A stretch of 64,000 bases of DNA from Nymphaea colorata (lineage: Eukaryota), in the NCBI RefSeq assembly GCF_008831285.2, contig NC_045138.2:31558001-31622000 (forward strand), given 5' to 3'. Each line of letters starts with the position of its first letter. The first letter of the stretch is position 1. Shown in pieces: positions 26,837-40,312 of the stretch. Below the pieces are notes generated by a model. That model saw nothing but the letters and a program-made list of their open reading frames with translations. It was not told the origin of the DNA and searched no databases. The position numbers were made by a program, and so were the translations under genes.

Positions 26837-29800
26837 CAAACTGAGGGCTTTCAGAATATTAATATCAAGAAATGAAGGACGAAATGTGAAGTTTGTGCTC
26901 ATCTTCAAGTGATTGCCTGAAAGATGCTTAAGCCATTTTTTGTTAGTTTCTCAATGGGCTTAAGATTATTCTTTTGATGTATCTTTATATTGATGTGATC
27001 TTGTATGTCTATAGACTGATCACTGTTGCAATTTGTTGTAAAGAAATGGTCTGTGGCACGTTTAATTCAAAAAATTTATTTATAAAATAGGTCACTCAGA
27101 CCGTGATCCAAGTTTTCCATGTGTCTCACTTTTCTGGTCTCTTGCTGCTATTAAATCATAAAGCACATGCATGTCTTTGTTCCGTGTTAATTGTAGTGGA
27201 AAATTTTACATAAGCACACTTAAGTTTAACATAACATGCTAAGGTTCTTTTTTTTTTTTTGTGGGTGGGGTGTGGGGGGGTGGTCTGGGTTCAGTCGACT
27301 ATATTACAAAGGAAACAGGCGGTTAAATGATAGAAATCCAAACACAAGCATGTTTTGCTATACGACCTTATTTTTGTAGTGTCGTCTTAGGGGATCAGTG
27401 TGAAATCAAAGAACTTTTACCTGCACCATGCATGCACAGAAACGGATGCAATGATGCAAACACACATCTTGCTTGCAAGTAAAGGATCCTTCTCCTGGTG
27501 GTAGAACAAGGTATTGACATGAGGAATGGATACAGAAATCAGATATCACAATATTTTTCTTCACTAAGTGATATATGCCGAGAACATTTAGACAATTGTT
27601 GAACGAATTCATCAAAAGTTTCTTTATGAATAAACTGCTAGTCCAGGTCCCCATCACCAACTGTTTTTGTTGCAAAAGAATGAGAATCTAGTTATAGTTT
27701 TTTTTTTAATTGCCTCATGAATATATACTTCTGAAAGCTGTAATGGCATTTGTTTCAATTGGATAAAGGGGGGCAAACAGTAAACCAACCATGGCATATG
27801 CATCCATCGATGAATGGCCATTTAACAAAAATATATGCTGACAAACTCATTTTGTTTATTAATCTTCTCTCCACATTGTGCTTGTGGTTGTGGACTTGAA
27901 CTTTATGCTTCCTAATACCAACTCCTCATGTTAGACAATGTTCTTTCTATCAGTTTTCATTTATTAGAAAAGGAATGCTTGCAGCTTTTCCCCCAAGAAG
28001 CAGGGAAACCATCTTTTCTTGGAAAGGATTTGGCTAAACATTGACTCAAAATAGCATGAATCCTCAAAATACATTGCCAACATAATGTTTGTGCAATGTC
28101 ACCTTATAAATATAGCTTTTAAAGAAATTTGAGAGAGGAAGATAGAGACGCCACGGCCAATATTGAGTGGCTTCTATTTGAAGCAGGGCCTCCTAAATTT
28201 ATTGGTCCATCCCTTTCATGTATTTGCAACCACGAGTTTTATATGTTTTAAATCCAAACTGCATAAAGTTGAAAGTAATGAATTATTTGGATTGTACATT
28301 CATGAAAATTATGCATTTATAAGTGAGCTTTTCGAGTACTACCCACCATCTGGAAGCCTCTCTCCAATTCCTCCTGCCTTGATGGTCTTGAGCTGCATTG
28401 GTATCAACAATGACAGCAATATATCCTTCAGCTTAATTAAGTACCACTTTTCGTTGCTTAAAATGCAAAAACATAATACTCACCAGAATCAAACTAAAAC
28501 ACATCTTTGTTCATATTCAGACCAACTAAGCTAATAAGTTTTACCTTTCGAATTTAGGAGTGCTACTGGTTCAATGGGACGTTGAATGCAATTTTTTCCC
28601 CACCTTTTTTTTTTCATAGTCATTTTTTTGACAGGCACGAAGCTATTGCCCTAATTTATTGTGGTTTAAATATGAAAAGAAATGTAGCCACACAAAGGGC
28701 TGCCTTTAATATGAGTTGGTCGGAATGAAGTTGACACGATCTTCCATGCTTTTGAACTTTATGAGAAACTTGTCTCGACCATCAATGCTGAAAGCAGCAT
28801 TTTTTCTAGTCATGTCAATATTTCAAAATAAAAATACAGTTTTTATATTAAAAAATCGTTTATTAGGTAGTATGGAGGGGGCGAAACAAAGGTAGGACCC
28901 ATTTAGGCTTTGGCTCCACATCAATTTAAAAAAAAAATTGTATGTAAATTTTAAGAAATTTCATTAATTTTATATAAAATTTTTGAAAAATGATATTTTG
29001 ACCCTAATCAAAATTTAAAAACTTTAAACCAACTTCATTAAAAATTTCTGACTTCTCTCCTGACAATATAAGCTCTGAATAATGAGCTCACGAGGTCTTT
29101 TCCCACCCTTGTTCTCAAAAGTTTTTAGCTGCCAAAAACAAAATATGATAAAATTTGCATTAGATGTATAATTTTTATGGCACAAGTGGGTTTTGCTACC
29201 CGCTATGTGATAAATTCTAGTTTCAAAAAAATTAGCGGCTCATTATTGACGAATGCGGATGGGAGAGTTGTGCGAAAAGAAATGGTCCTGCATGGCCTTA
29301 CTTGGAAACTCTGATCCAGAAGACGACGTTCAACTCCCAATAATGGACGGGCATTGCACGAGAATTTTGTTAAATAAGATATAAATGCTATTTTTCTACT
29401 TTTAAAACTACATTTAATTTTTTTTCTTTTTAATTTTTGAAAAACTTCAATTTCCAATGAACAAGAGGGCCACGATCAAATAGCCAGAAGACTATACCCA
29501 TTGGGATGAAAAGTTTCAACCAGAAACTGATATTAACACCATTGCTTTTCATCCTCTTGCCTTGCCCTTTGCATATACATGCTAATTGTACAATCTTTCT
29601 TAGTCGCATTTGTGTGTAAATTATATCGAATGATGTAATGATAGCAATTGTGTCACCCGACTGTCAATCAATAAACAAGGAAAGATGTGCATGTTATTAA
29701 TATGTTTTAAGCAAATGACATAACAAATCAAGCATACTTATAAAAGGTCAGAAAACGCCTTAAAAAGCAGAGAGATGACGTTTTCCTTGTAAACATGTAA

Positions 29801-30270
29801 TCCAGACTTCATCAATTTGAGCTGACACAATTTAAAAACCATTTCTTACTAGCATTGAACAAAACCATTAACGGGTTGAAACTTTTCCAGATTAAATTGA
29901 AGTTTTTCATAATTCGCATGTCATCTTTTTATGTGTCATGAAATTTGTCAATAAACTACTCCCCATCGCCAATCTATGGAGAGAGATGTTAAGAGGCATA
30001 ATGTAGCTGATTAGATACATAAAAGACATGTATTCATAATATAGGTCTATGTAATCTAGCCAGGTTTTAAGAATACAAAGAACCTAAAGGCAAAGGGAAA
30101 ATGAAGTTGGGGTCTTTTTGAGTGATGGGTTGTTAACCTCTCGGCATTGAGAAAGAATGCAGTGGACTTGAGGAAGTTCTGGATAATAATGGAGTTATAA
30201 TTCTTGTGAAGATGACCAATCTGTCTTCTTCTCCATCTATGACAGTAGGCTCCCCATGTGGGCTAGAGTA

Positions 30271-30558
30271 CATAGTCACAAATAACTTGAGCTTAAAAAA
30301 TAGAAAAAATAGGATAAATTTTTAAAAAAATTAAAAAAATAAAATAAAATATGTGAGAAACTAGCAACACAAACTTCACAAGATAAGTAGATTTACAACA
30401 AATAAAAAATAAAAAACCTTTAGTATTTAAAAAACCAAAAACAAAAGTAAAAAAACACGTTTTTTTTGTGTTTTTTTCGTTTTTAATGTTTTCTTTTCAA
30501 AAAACAACGGCCATTTAATTTATCGTGTTTTCTCATATTTTTTTAAAAAAACGTGTTT
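30271..30558. mobile_element. Second copy of the ATAGTCACAAATAA repeat family
   Basis: Similarity to 753-1130; a weaker relative lies near 55541-55829. Confidence 0.65.
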
Positions 30559-31023
30559 ATGCATGAGCAGAGGAAGAGGTGAGCTCCAATTTTTCATCTT
30601 TTGCCATCACTCTTTCCGGTTCAACCATTCTCAAAGCAAGCCACGTAGCCCCAGCAAAAGGTATGCCATAAATGCTCCAGACAGCGATCTTCTATTATCA
30701 AAACCAAAGGCGCAGATCATTTGATGGCCTCGAGGAACAGAGGGATGAACATTTTACAACATAACCGCAATGAGATTTTTCAAAGAATTAAACAGCATAA
30801 ACCTTACTGAACTGTACTACACTATACTTTAGTTTGACAGTCACATTAATTACATTCACAGAAGCACAACGCTGCAGATTCTTGGTCACCAGAGCAAGAA
30901 AGCACAGAGAGCAACTCCACCAATATTACCAAATAAGATCACGGGTTCTTATACAAGCAAGTACTTCAAACTGCAACACAGGCAACCGGCAACAATGGAG
31001 AAGAAGCAGTTCAGTTCCACTTT

Positions 31024-33378
31024 TCATGGATCTAGATCACATGTCCCCAAGAGCTTTGCAAGGGCGTCGATGAGCAACTTTGGGGCAGTGAGCTGGGGCA
31101 TGTGACCCGCCGCAGGAATGGCCACAACCGAGCTCTCCCCACCAAGGTTTTCATGGATGTATCGAGCAACGGAGACGGGAACGACGATGTCGTTTTGGGT
31201 GTGGACGATTGTCGCTGGTACTGATACTTTGTGCAGCGCGTCCCTGTGATCGCCTAGATATAATGACCTCGCCAGTGTGATGGCGATCTCTGGAGTCATG
31301 CTCAACAGTCTGTCCTGGAACTCTTTGCATAGATTTGGGTCCTCAGTTCCTAAGGCAGCTGGAGCAAAACCCTGAGTCCATGATTGGAAATCCTTCTCCA
31401 TATTCTCCAACATTGCTTCAATGTCAGACACCTCGAACCCTCCTTCATAATCGGTTGAGTTTAAATACCTGATATAGAGACAGGGAGAGAGAGAGCAGCC
31501 AGATTATTTTCTCAAAAGGAATCACAGTAGGTAATGCAAAATCTACAGTTCCAACTTTACATGAAACGCATGGCATGTTCACAAGAAATATCATCAGGAG
31601 ACAACAAAGCAATTAAGATTTGCAGGTGACATGAAGAACATAAACAGACATCTGCAGGAAATGTCGAGAATAATGAGCTGGATCGATGATGGCGGACACA
31701 AATGTTTTTCTTTTTATGTCTTTCTGTAATCGTTTTTACTTGATCTCAGATTTTAGTTGTCTTATCGGTCAGATCATTAATTTTTCAGTGAACCATTTGT
31801 TCAATACCTGATGGGTGACTGATCATGGATTATCCTGATAGACAGACGAAGTCTATTGTTTATATGTCGTTCAAGATCCAACGGTCGGTTTCGCCAACTT
31901 GAATAAATTGTTAATTTTAAGTGAGCAGGAGATTCACAATCCACTCTATAAAGAGACCTATTTTATGTCGGATGGATTTACCTGCAGTAGGGCCACTGCA
32001 AAGTACTGGTGATTCTGCTGATTCTCACCTTCAGTTTATGACCTAACATATAAAAGAAGAACCTTACCATGATATAAATTAGATACGTATGATTTAATTT
32101 GCAAAGACCCATATCCTGAAACCTATCCTTACATTTGAAAACCATAAAAAAATATTAGTTATAGAAAGAGTTTAAAAAATGAGAGGTTGCACTCCTGAAT
32201 CCTATTGGTTTGCCATTAATGGCGGATATACATGAGAGTTGGTGTGGGACATTGTCTGCACCAGCCCATGAAAAATTTTACTATATCAATAATAATGAGT
32301 AGGTTTGTGACTCAAGTGTCTTTCAAACAAAAAACCGTAACTCCACCACCGGTTCGACTGGAATCAGCGGGACTTTTCATTTGATGACAATATTGATGGA
32401 ATGTATATAAAACAAAAAAATCTCTTTGGAAAAGCTTTCACTTTTTTATTGTGCTCGTTTGCCGAGAAAATTTTCCATGTTAAACCTTTTTCTGTTAACT
32501 TTTTCTTGCTGAGATTGCAGAAATTCTTATTTGAAAGATTTTTACAGGAAAAGTTAATTGAAAGGCGTTCAGACTTTAAGTTTTCCCATCCTACTTTTCT
32601 CGTCACTTTCCTACTTAACCAAAGAACCGTTTCCAGTGGAAGAAGAGCAAGGCTTAGAACTCCAGTTGCAATACTGGATTCACAAGGGAAAACAAAAAGA
32701 GAGAATAAAAAGGGGGGTTAATTGATGGGAAGTTAGGACCAGGCTTGTACAGGAAAAATGGAAATCAACCAGTAGAACCAAGAAATGAGCAACAGAAACA
32801 TAAACTAGAAAAATTCCAATTCAGAGAATAAATTAAGATAAAAAAAATTGAATCAGATGATCATGACACTGATGGCACTCTGATGTATAAAGAAATAAAT
32901 AAGAATCCAACCGTGGTTGCCCATAACAGCCAGTAGGAGCATAACCCCCGGATTTTCAAAGACTGAGAACTACCCAAAAGAACTTGGTGACTGCTTGAAG
33001 AAGAAGAAGAGAAACGAACCTAGGAGAAGCACAGAGAAGGATCAGATGGTGAAAGAACTCTGGCCTTTTGATGGAAGCCAAGCAACCAACCATGGCGGAC
33101 ATGGAGTGGCCGAGGAAGAAGGAGCTCTTGAGATCGAACTCATCCATGAGAGAGATGAGGTCATCTGCATAGTCCTCAAGGGTGGATGCTGCAGAGAAGA
33201 CCAAGTCGTAGGTCACCACCGTGTAGTGATTTTCGAGCAGTGAGGGGAGGATGTGGCGCCAACAGGATTGGTCCAAACCGAAGCCATGCGATATGATAAT
33301 CGTTTTCTTATTCTCCCTGCAGGAGCTCATAAACTTCACATTGGCTAGTGAAGCATAGCCTGGAGCTCGCTTCCCCAT
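31024..33378 (-). CDS. KAI2/D14-family alpha/beta-hydrolase, DLK2/DLK23-like, copy A, 267 aa; exons 33378-33020 and 31468-31024
   Basis: HGFGLDQSCW, GHSMSAM (nucleophile Ser), intron in the conserved SPR|YLN position, YEGGFE, GFAP, NDIVVP (Asp), GHMPQL (His). TATAAA on the minus strand at 33452-33457. Confidence 0.9.
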
Positions 33379-33526
33379 CTTCAAAAGAAGAAATTAAGAA
33401 GAAGAAAAAAAAAATGGAGGAAGAGTGAGAGAGAGGGAATGGAAGCAGGCCTTTATAGCTGACTGAGATCAACAAAATTAATGTCACTGATGCTGCTAAG
33501 TGGTGGTTAAAGCTCGAATAACAGTT

Positions 33527-33565
<39 letters not shown>

Positions 33566-36500
33566 AAAGAGAGTTTGTGGGAGAAATTAGTAGATTTCAG
33601 ACCACTAGATTGTTTTCTTTAGATCTGGGAAGAAACGATCCATAGACCTACAAAAGAACCAAACCATAGAGTAGTTAGCACAGGCGCCACAGGAAGGTAT
33701 GTTTTGATATTCTGGCAGCACATCCCATACCAGAGAACTCTCCCCTCAACACGGACTTGCCAGAGGAAGAAATTCTACCAGCTCAATCAGCCTTTGAAGC
33801 CGAGCCCCAATATTTGAGGTTTTGAAAGGTCAAGACTCATTTGTATGTCATTAGTACTCACAAACAGGTCAGGACTCATTGCAATTCAATGCCATTAGTA
33901 CTCACTTAACAAACAAATGCCATTGAAAGTTTTCTCCGCAATTCAACCACACTTATATGATTTCAAAAAACATATATTAAGTCCATCATTTTTTTGATTT
34001 GAACAATGTTTTCATAGTAATTGAAAAATCAACCGCTTTTGTAACGTCAAAATTTTACTAGAAGAAAAATCAATATTTTTTATCAAAACAACTTGAATTA
34101 AGACTTTTAGTTTTATGTTAAATTAGTGTTTATAGACAGTTCATATTTTGTATAAATTACATTTTAATAAAAATTTAAGTGGTCTAGGATATACCAAGAT
34201 ACTCCGTCCTTTTACGCATGCAGTTTAATGCAATGCATTGGCCTGTGTATGTGAAAGGCCCAACCATCTCAATGGCAACAAAAATCTGCATCCTTATGAT
34301 CAGAACAGTCTAATCCACCATGATGGATGATTAAGAGAAAAACAAAGAAAAAAAAATGAAAAACATTTTTGTCATCTATTATTTGTTTTTATTTTTTTCT
34401 TTATGTTTTTCTCTCAACCATATGAATAACTCTAGATAGTCAGAGCTATATATATATATATAGACACACACGCACCGATAATCGCCGGTTCTAATTTTAT
34501 GGGCATCAATGTCATGCACACATTAAATAAGTCCTTAAGCCCAAACTAAGGTACTTACCACAAAATCTCCCAACCCTACACCAAAGGATAAAGATACAAA
34601 AATGAGAATGGGTCAGATTTCAATGACACACCTTTTATCATATAGATGTTCACATATTCAGCTTCAAATATAAACAAAAAATGAATCATACCATAGCAAT
34701 TCCAATTCATCATACACTGTTGCCAATATAACAACTTATATAAGAAATGCTGACATGGATAAAAAAGAAACGGCTCGAATACCATCTACTAATATTACCG
34801 AAAACATTGTTAAATACTTATACTAGAGGATTTTATAAAAGAAATGTTAGGAAGCATTGGGAGTATTTATTACCATACCTAGGATCAACCAAAATTGAGT
34901 AGACGGCTAGGAACACCAAGGTACACAAAAGATTAGTAATGGAGATATTGTAGCTTATCAAATCTGACTCTTAAACATACAATAAAATCTGAACGGTATT
35001 ACAGCATGTTCAAAGTGTGTGGATATTGAATGAAGAATATTTATGTAAAACTAAATCTAAATCTGAACGCAATATGAGTATATATCTATTTAAATCTGAA
35101 CTCAAATCCAATTAGATGTCATTTCTTAAATCCAATTAAACTTCATAAGTTTTCATAATCAAATGTTAATTTTTTTTCTCTCTATATATATCTGACATTG
35201 ATGTCCATAAAAATAGAACCGGCGATTAATCTACCATGACCCTTCAGAGGATGTTAGGTATTCTGCCTCATGAAACATCCACTCACGGGCATTAATCTAC
35301 CATGCAATAAGGGATGGAAACTCCAAAATATCCCCTTTGCAACTTTGCCCAAGAACAAGTATCACGAACATGAGCCCTTCTGCTCCATATCCATATCGCA
35401 CACCTTGCTCTTCAAAATAGAAAGCAAAAGCACCTTGTTTTTTATGCTTCCAAGGGAACAAACCAAACGTTGTGTTGAAGAACATAATGTTTGAAACACA
35501 AATTCTTAAAACATCATGTTCTTATTATAAGAAATGTGGCGCAGTTATAACTTAATGCTATTGTTAGATCCAGCAGTCAAGTACTAGACATAAACATACC
35601 ATGTTTCTCGCAATAAGAACATAGTATTATCAAAATATGTGGTAAGAATATTTGTTCCATGAACAATTTATCATTATTAGACACCTTTCAAGAAATTTAT
35701 CCCACCAAATGTGTTTGGTCTTTTAAAAGAATGACCGATGCTTCTTCGTGGGAGTTGGCACAATTGGTATGTAGTCAATTTCTGGTTTGAATCTTTCGGG
35801 TGTCGACTTATGTGTTCTTCAAGTAAAAGAGTCGTATGGATAGCATTTCACACCGAGAGTAGGCTTTGTACTTTACAGGAACAATAGATTAGATTGAAGC
35901 TTTGACTCATAAAATGAAATACTCTTCTTCCTTATCAAAAAACCAAATAATCAATACCATTTTCTTGAATTACTAACAACACAATAATGCACCAAAAACT
36001 CGCCCACCCACTGAAGTGTGGTTTTTCCTTTCTTTTTTTTGAGGTGGAAACTAGTTTTTATGAGGTGAGGAAACGGCTGTTGATTCCTCGCTGGATCCAA
36101 TATTAAATATTTCCTCAGTCAAGTTGTGATGGCCGCCGCATTCAAGTGAATGAGGAATTTTTAAATTATTTTTAACTTAAAAAATGAAATATATTTTTAC
36201 TATTAATAAAGATTTTCCGAAAAGGAGATGATAAATATCATGAGGCCGATTCGGTCCCCATTCAACCGGCCAACACCTGTAAACCTATCTTATTGGTCGC
36301 TGCGTCATGCAGATGAGAGGCAGAGAGCAGCAGCCATATTGGTAACATTAACTCGAGGTGTCCTTTTCTTAAAATGAAAAAGGAAGAGACGCCTTTTAGA
36401 CTAGTTGTGTGGCTCTTGTGACTCCTTTTAAATGTCAATTCATTTTACCTCTTTTTCATAAATTCAAAAAGTTTTTCTGACAAAGACAGCAAAAAGTGAT

Positions 36501-36684
36501 GGTGACATTAAAAAAAAGCAGAGTTACAGAATTTAAATTTTTTAAAAGATACTAATATATAAACTTTATATAAGTAAAATATGATATCAAAATAAGTATT
36601 TTTTATGAGTATGTGACAGACAACTGCCCACATAGTGCCCGCACCTGCCTCTACTCCGACGCCAAAAGTTCAAATCCATTTGGA

Positions 36685-37739
36685 AAATCAATTCCTCTTG
36701 TCCCTCCGCCACTTCCATGCTTAATTTAAAAGCATAATCACTCTGTCTTTTTTTTTTTTTTAACTTGGAACTCTATTTGAACGAAAAGTAACTCACTCTC
36801 CCTGTATATATATATTCAGGCCGCTAATCAATGTGGTGCTATTCTCTCTTATATCAAATTTCATATGCCATAAGAAAGAGTGAGTGGCCTTATTAAGAAA
36901 GAGATGTCAATCAATGAGATAGTCATAATGCTTTCAAAAGTTACTGTATATCGTTACAAGTTCATAGTAATTTCTTCGACTAAAAAGAGAATACAAACAT
37001 GAATACGCAAATCTGTAAAATTTCAATTTCTCCTCTAAAAGAAAAGCCTGATCCGATGAAGCAGGGTTAAGTTTTTACTATGTGGTCTATCTTTCTGTCT
37101 CTCTAAGATTGTGAGCTAGTAGGTATAAAATTCAGTAATATGTGGCTTACATCTTAGTTCAAGTCTACCTTTAGTCTCATTTACCTACGTCCCATTGATG
37201 AACTGTGACCACACCCCAGTCTGATATCCAACCATTCATTCGCACATAATATCTAGGGATGTAAGTGCCATTTACATTACCGAATTTTATATCTACTAGC
37301 TTACAATCTCAGAGAGACAGAAAGAGAGACCACATGGTAAAAATTTGACTCTGCTTCATCGATCGATCAGGCTTTTCTTTTAGAGGAGAAATAGAAATTT
37401 ACAGATTTGCGAATTCATGTTTGTATTCTCTTTTTTAGTTGAAGAAATCACCGTGTACTTGTAACGATATACAGTAACTTTTGGAAGTATTTTGACTATC
37501 TCATTGGTTGACATATCTCTTTCTTAATGAGGCCACTCACTCTTTCTTATGGCATATGAAATTTGATACAAGAGAGAATAGCACCACATTCATTAGCGGC
37601 CTGAATATATATACACACAGGGAGAGTGAGTTACTTTTCTTTCAAATAGAGTTCCAAGGGGGAAAAAAACCATAGTGATTATGCTTTTAAACTGTGAATT
37701 GGAGCATGGAAGTGGCGGAGGGACGAGATGAATTGATTT
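36685..37739. repeat. Long inverted repeat (fold-back): arms ~36685-37157 and ~37253-37739, loop ~95 nt
   Basis: The arms are reverse complements along their whole length, e.g. caaatttcatatgccataagaaagagtgagtggcct vs aggccactcactctttcttatggcatatgaaatttg, with scattered substitutions and small indels. Confidence 0.95.
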
Positions 37740-38301
37740 AGTATACAAGCAGTGGTTGGAGCGGTCAGGATTTATGATGAATTAAACAAAGCTGGCTGTT
37801 TTCTTCAAATGTAGAGCCAGAAAATTTTAGTTAAAAAGCACTACTTACAAAAATTAAAATTTTTAAGGGCACATCAACTGATACGTAAAGAAGAAAAATT
37901 ACCCTAACGTGTTAATATGAAAATAAATAGTTTTTATTGGTTTTCCCCACACAGTGCCCACTCCAGAATCTCCCCCTGGTTTCCTTATTAGGTCCAATTA
38001 AATGGTTCCAGATTCCAAAACTTATACATCTTCATACATGAGGAGCAATATAGTTCTTTGTTATGTCGAACGAGCATTGGGATGATAGCTTTGTTTCATC
38101 ATCGCTTATCATCCAGCTTTGATGATAATGATATTTATTTTTATTTTAAGATGCCGATTCACTTTATCTGAAGTGCTCTCGGTCAGATCAAAATGGTGAG
38201 GAGTTACCCATGCATTTACATGTATATCTATTTTCCCTATGAAACACATGAGAAGAACAAGATAGCATTTCTTAGTAATATAATGGCGTATGTTGTGCTA
38301 C

Positions 38302-38670
38302 TGTGACAATTCGACCCAGTCGACGATCATTTAATTAATGAACTCCCTCTATAAGTCTTTGAAGATCCCTCATAATCTTCGATAATAGACTAAATTTTTG
38401 GGGTGTTAATTTCCACCCCCTTAAGGCACACGCGTCCGTGCGTGTGGGACCCCAGGTTTGAGTGTTGAAACTGTCTTCTTATACCACTGTGACAACCCAA
38501 GACTCGAGCCCATAGTTCGACGGATCCCAACTCGCCCCCTAGTAATTTCAGTTTCAGCCTCAAAAAGGCTAGGAACCAGGACGATCATCTTATTAATGAC
38601 CTCCCTTTATAAGTCCTTGAAGATCCATCACAATCTTCGATACGAGACTAAATTTCTGAGGCTACCATCT
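38302..38670 (-). mobile_element. Second copy of the same TRIM family; 3' LTR internally deleted
   Basis: The minus strand reads ...gtcaca g tggtataagaagacagtttcaacactc...cccacacgcacggacgcgtgtgccttaagggggtggaa (PBS, internal region, PPT), matching 48158-48230. Direct repeats flank it on both sides (ataagtc(t/c)ttgaagatcc...agactaaattt). Confidence 0.75.
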
Positions 38671-40021
38671 CTAAGGGGGTTAGTGTAACAAACATGCTGG
38701 GGGCTGGTAGGTGGTTCATCTCTGAGCTGTAAATGATACACCATCAATGCACAAGTTGAAGCACAATGGGGGTGGCATCCCAAGGCACGAAAATGAGCTC
38801 TATACCCTACAGGAAATGATAGTTTGGTGGGATTTTGGCCTTCAGCTGGGCAGTAGGTCTCCCCCACTCACCCAGGACATATGCTATGCTGTTGCTGGAA
38901 ACATTGAAGTTTAGCTAAGGGTATTTTGGGTATTTTACTGAATACCAGCCAATGCTTATTGAATATTGGAAAGGTTTTTTTTGAGGCTAATAACAATAGA
39001 AAAGGACAAGAGAGACATGTTCAATCAAATCTCCTGTGACAATCTCTTCTTCTTAATCATCTTGGCATGTTTCAACAAATGGTTCCAAAATACACCTTTT
39101 CTTTCTCCCATTCAAGAGGGGACCAACTACCTCAGGGCATTAAAAGAGAGAGTGTGACAGCACCAACCAACTGCATGTGTGGTTAGTAAATGAAGCCACC
39201 TTTGTCAAATTTAAATGCACACCTAACCATTGAACTTGGACATGCATTTCTAACTTACTCCTTTTCTCTTGTTTCTGTCACTATAGACTCATCAATCTTG
39301 TAAGAAATCACAAATCACCCCATTGGAATCGAATCGGCAACAAATGGATCCGATTCACCGGCCGATATTACGGGGGTGTTGAATCTCATGCACTCTTTGT
39401 TCATTATTCTTATATTTCTATATACTTTTAATAAGTAAATATTTTTTAAAAGATGGAATATGGTAATGTCTTCTACTGGTTCCTAACAGACTCGGCTGAA
39501 TCGGCGGCCCGCATGACTGTTTTGATTCGGTTTTGGGTTTTTATGACATCGGTCTGAATAATAACTAGGGTTGCACATTGGCCGCCAATCTGGAACCAAA
39601 TAAATTCATTAGAGGCTGGGTTTGACACGGATCTTGTACTGTACAAAATGAGAAGATCATCAAGTTAGGTCAGCATGTTGCTGACCTAGCTGTTTTTAAC
39701 ATAATTTGCACCACAAGGAACTCCGGAGTCCGATAAAATTTTAGATCTTAGATCGACCTTCAAGTTGATTTGTAAAACTTGGAGACTAGGACTTAAAGCT
39801 TGCACAAAAGAGTGGCACCTGTAGGTCTGAACCACCGGGGCCGCCCGCTTCCATTATTAATGCTTTAAAGAAGGTCCTTTCTAGGAAGTAGACTCTATTA
39901 TAAAATCGAGAAGTGATCAGCATCTTTGACTATACATTATAAAGGATTAGTTCTTATAAGATGCTGAAACTTTTGCTTTTGATAGTTTAGTTAAGCTCGT
40001 TCCTTGCATGCAAGTCTATGG

Positions 40022-40060
<39 letters not shown>

Positions 40061-40150
40061 TGTAGCTATTATTACATAAAGGACCATAGTGAGGACATAT
40101 ATTAATGGAGACATATTAAAGTTCGGAAATCCCTAGAGTGCAGCTGTAGC

Positions 40151-40312
40151 CCCGAGGGACATAGTGTAGCTGGTCGGATTAACAGACCAGTGAAAGTTTA
40201 GTCGTCCAGTTCAATTTTGGTGGGCGATACTCTCATGTAAGCTTAGTTGACGGGTGTCCTGCTCCCCACCTAAGTCCTGAAGCAGCGTTGGCCCTCATGG
40301 GCTGGAAAAAAG
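40151..40312 (+). mobile_element. Possible degenerate tRNA-derived SINE
   Basis: A-box-like tagtgtagctggt and B-box-like agttcaatt about 45 nt apart, with a short A run at the 3' end. Confidence 0.35.

Noticed and set aside
33715..33800. Short motifs reminiscent of 5S rRNA / Cassandra
   Set aside because: The fragments are short and in inconsistent orientations.
37040..37360. Strand-biased G:U compensation in the long hairpin
   Set aside because: One stretch favours G:U on the plus strand but the adjacent stretch has as many A:C mismatches, so no consistent bias.
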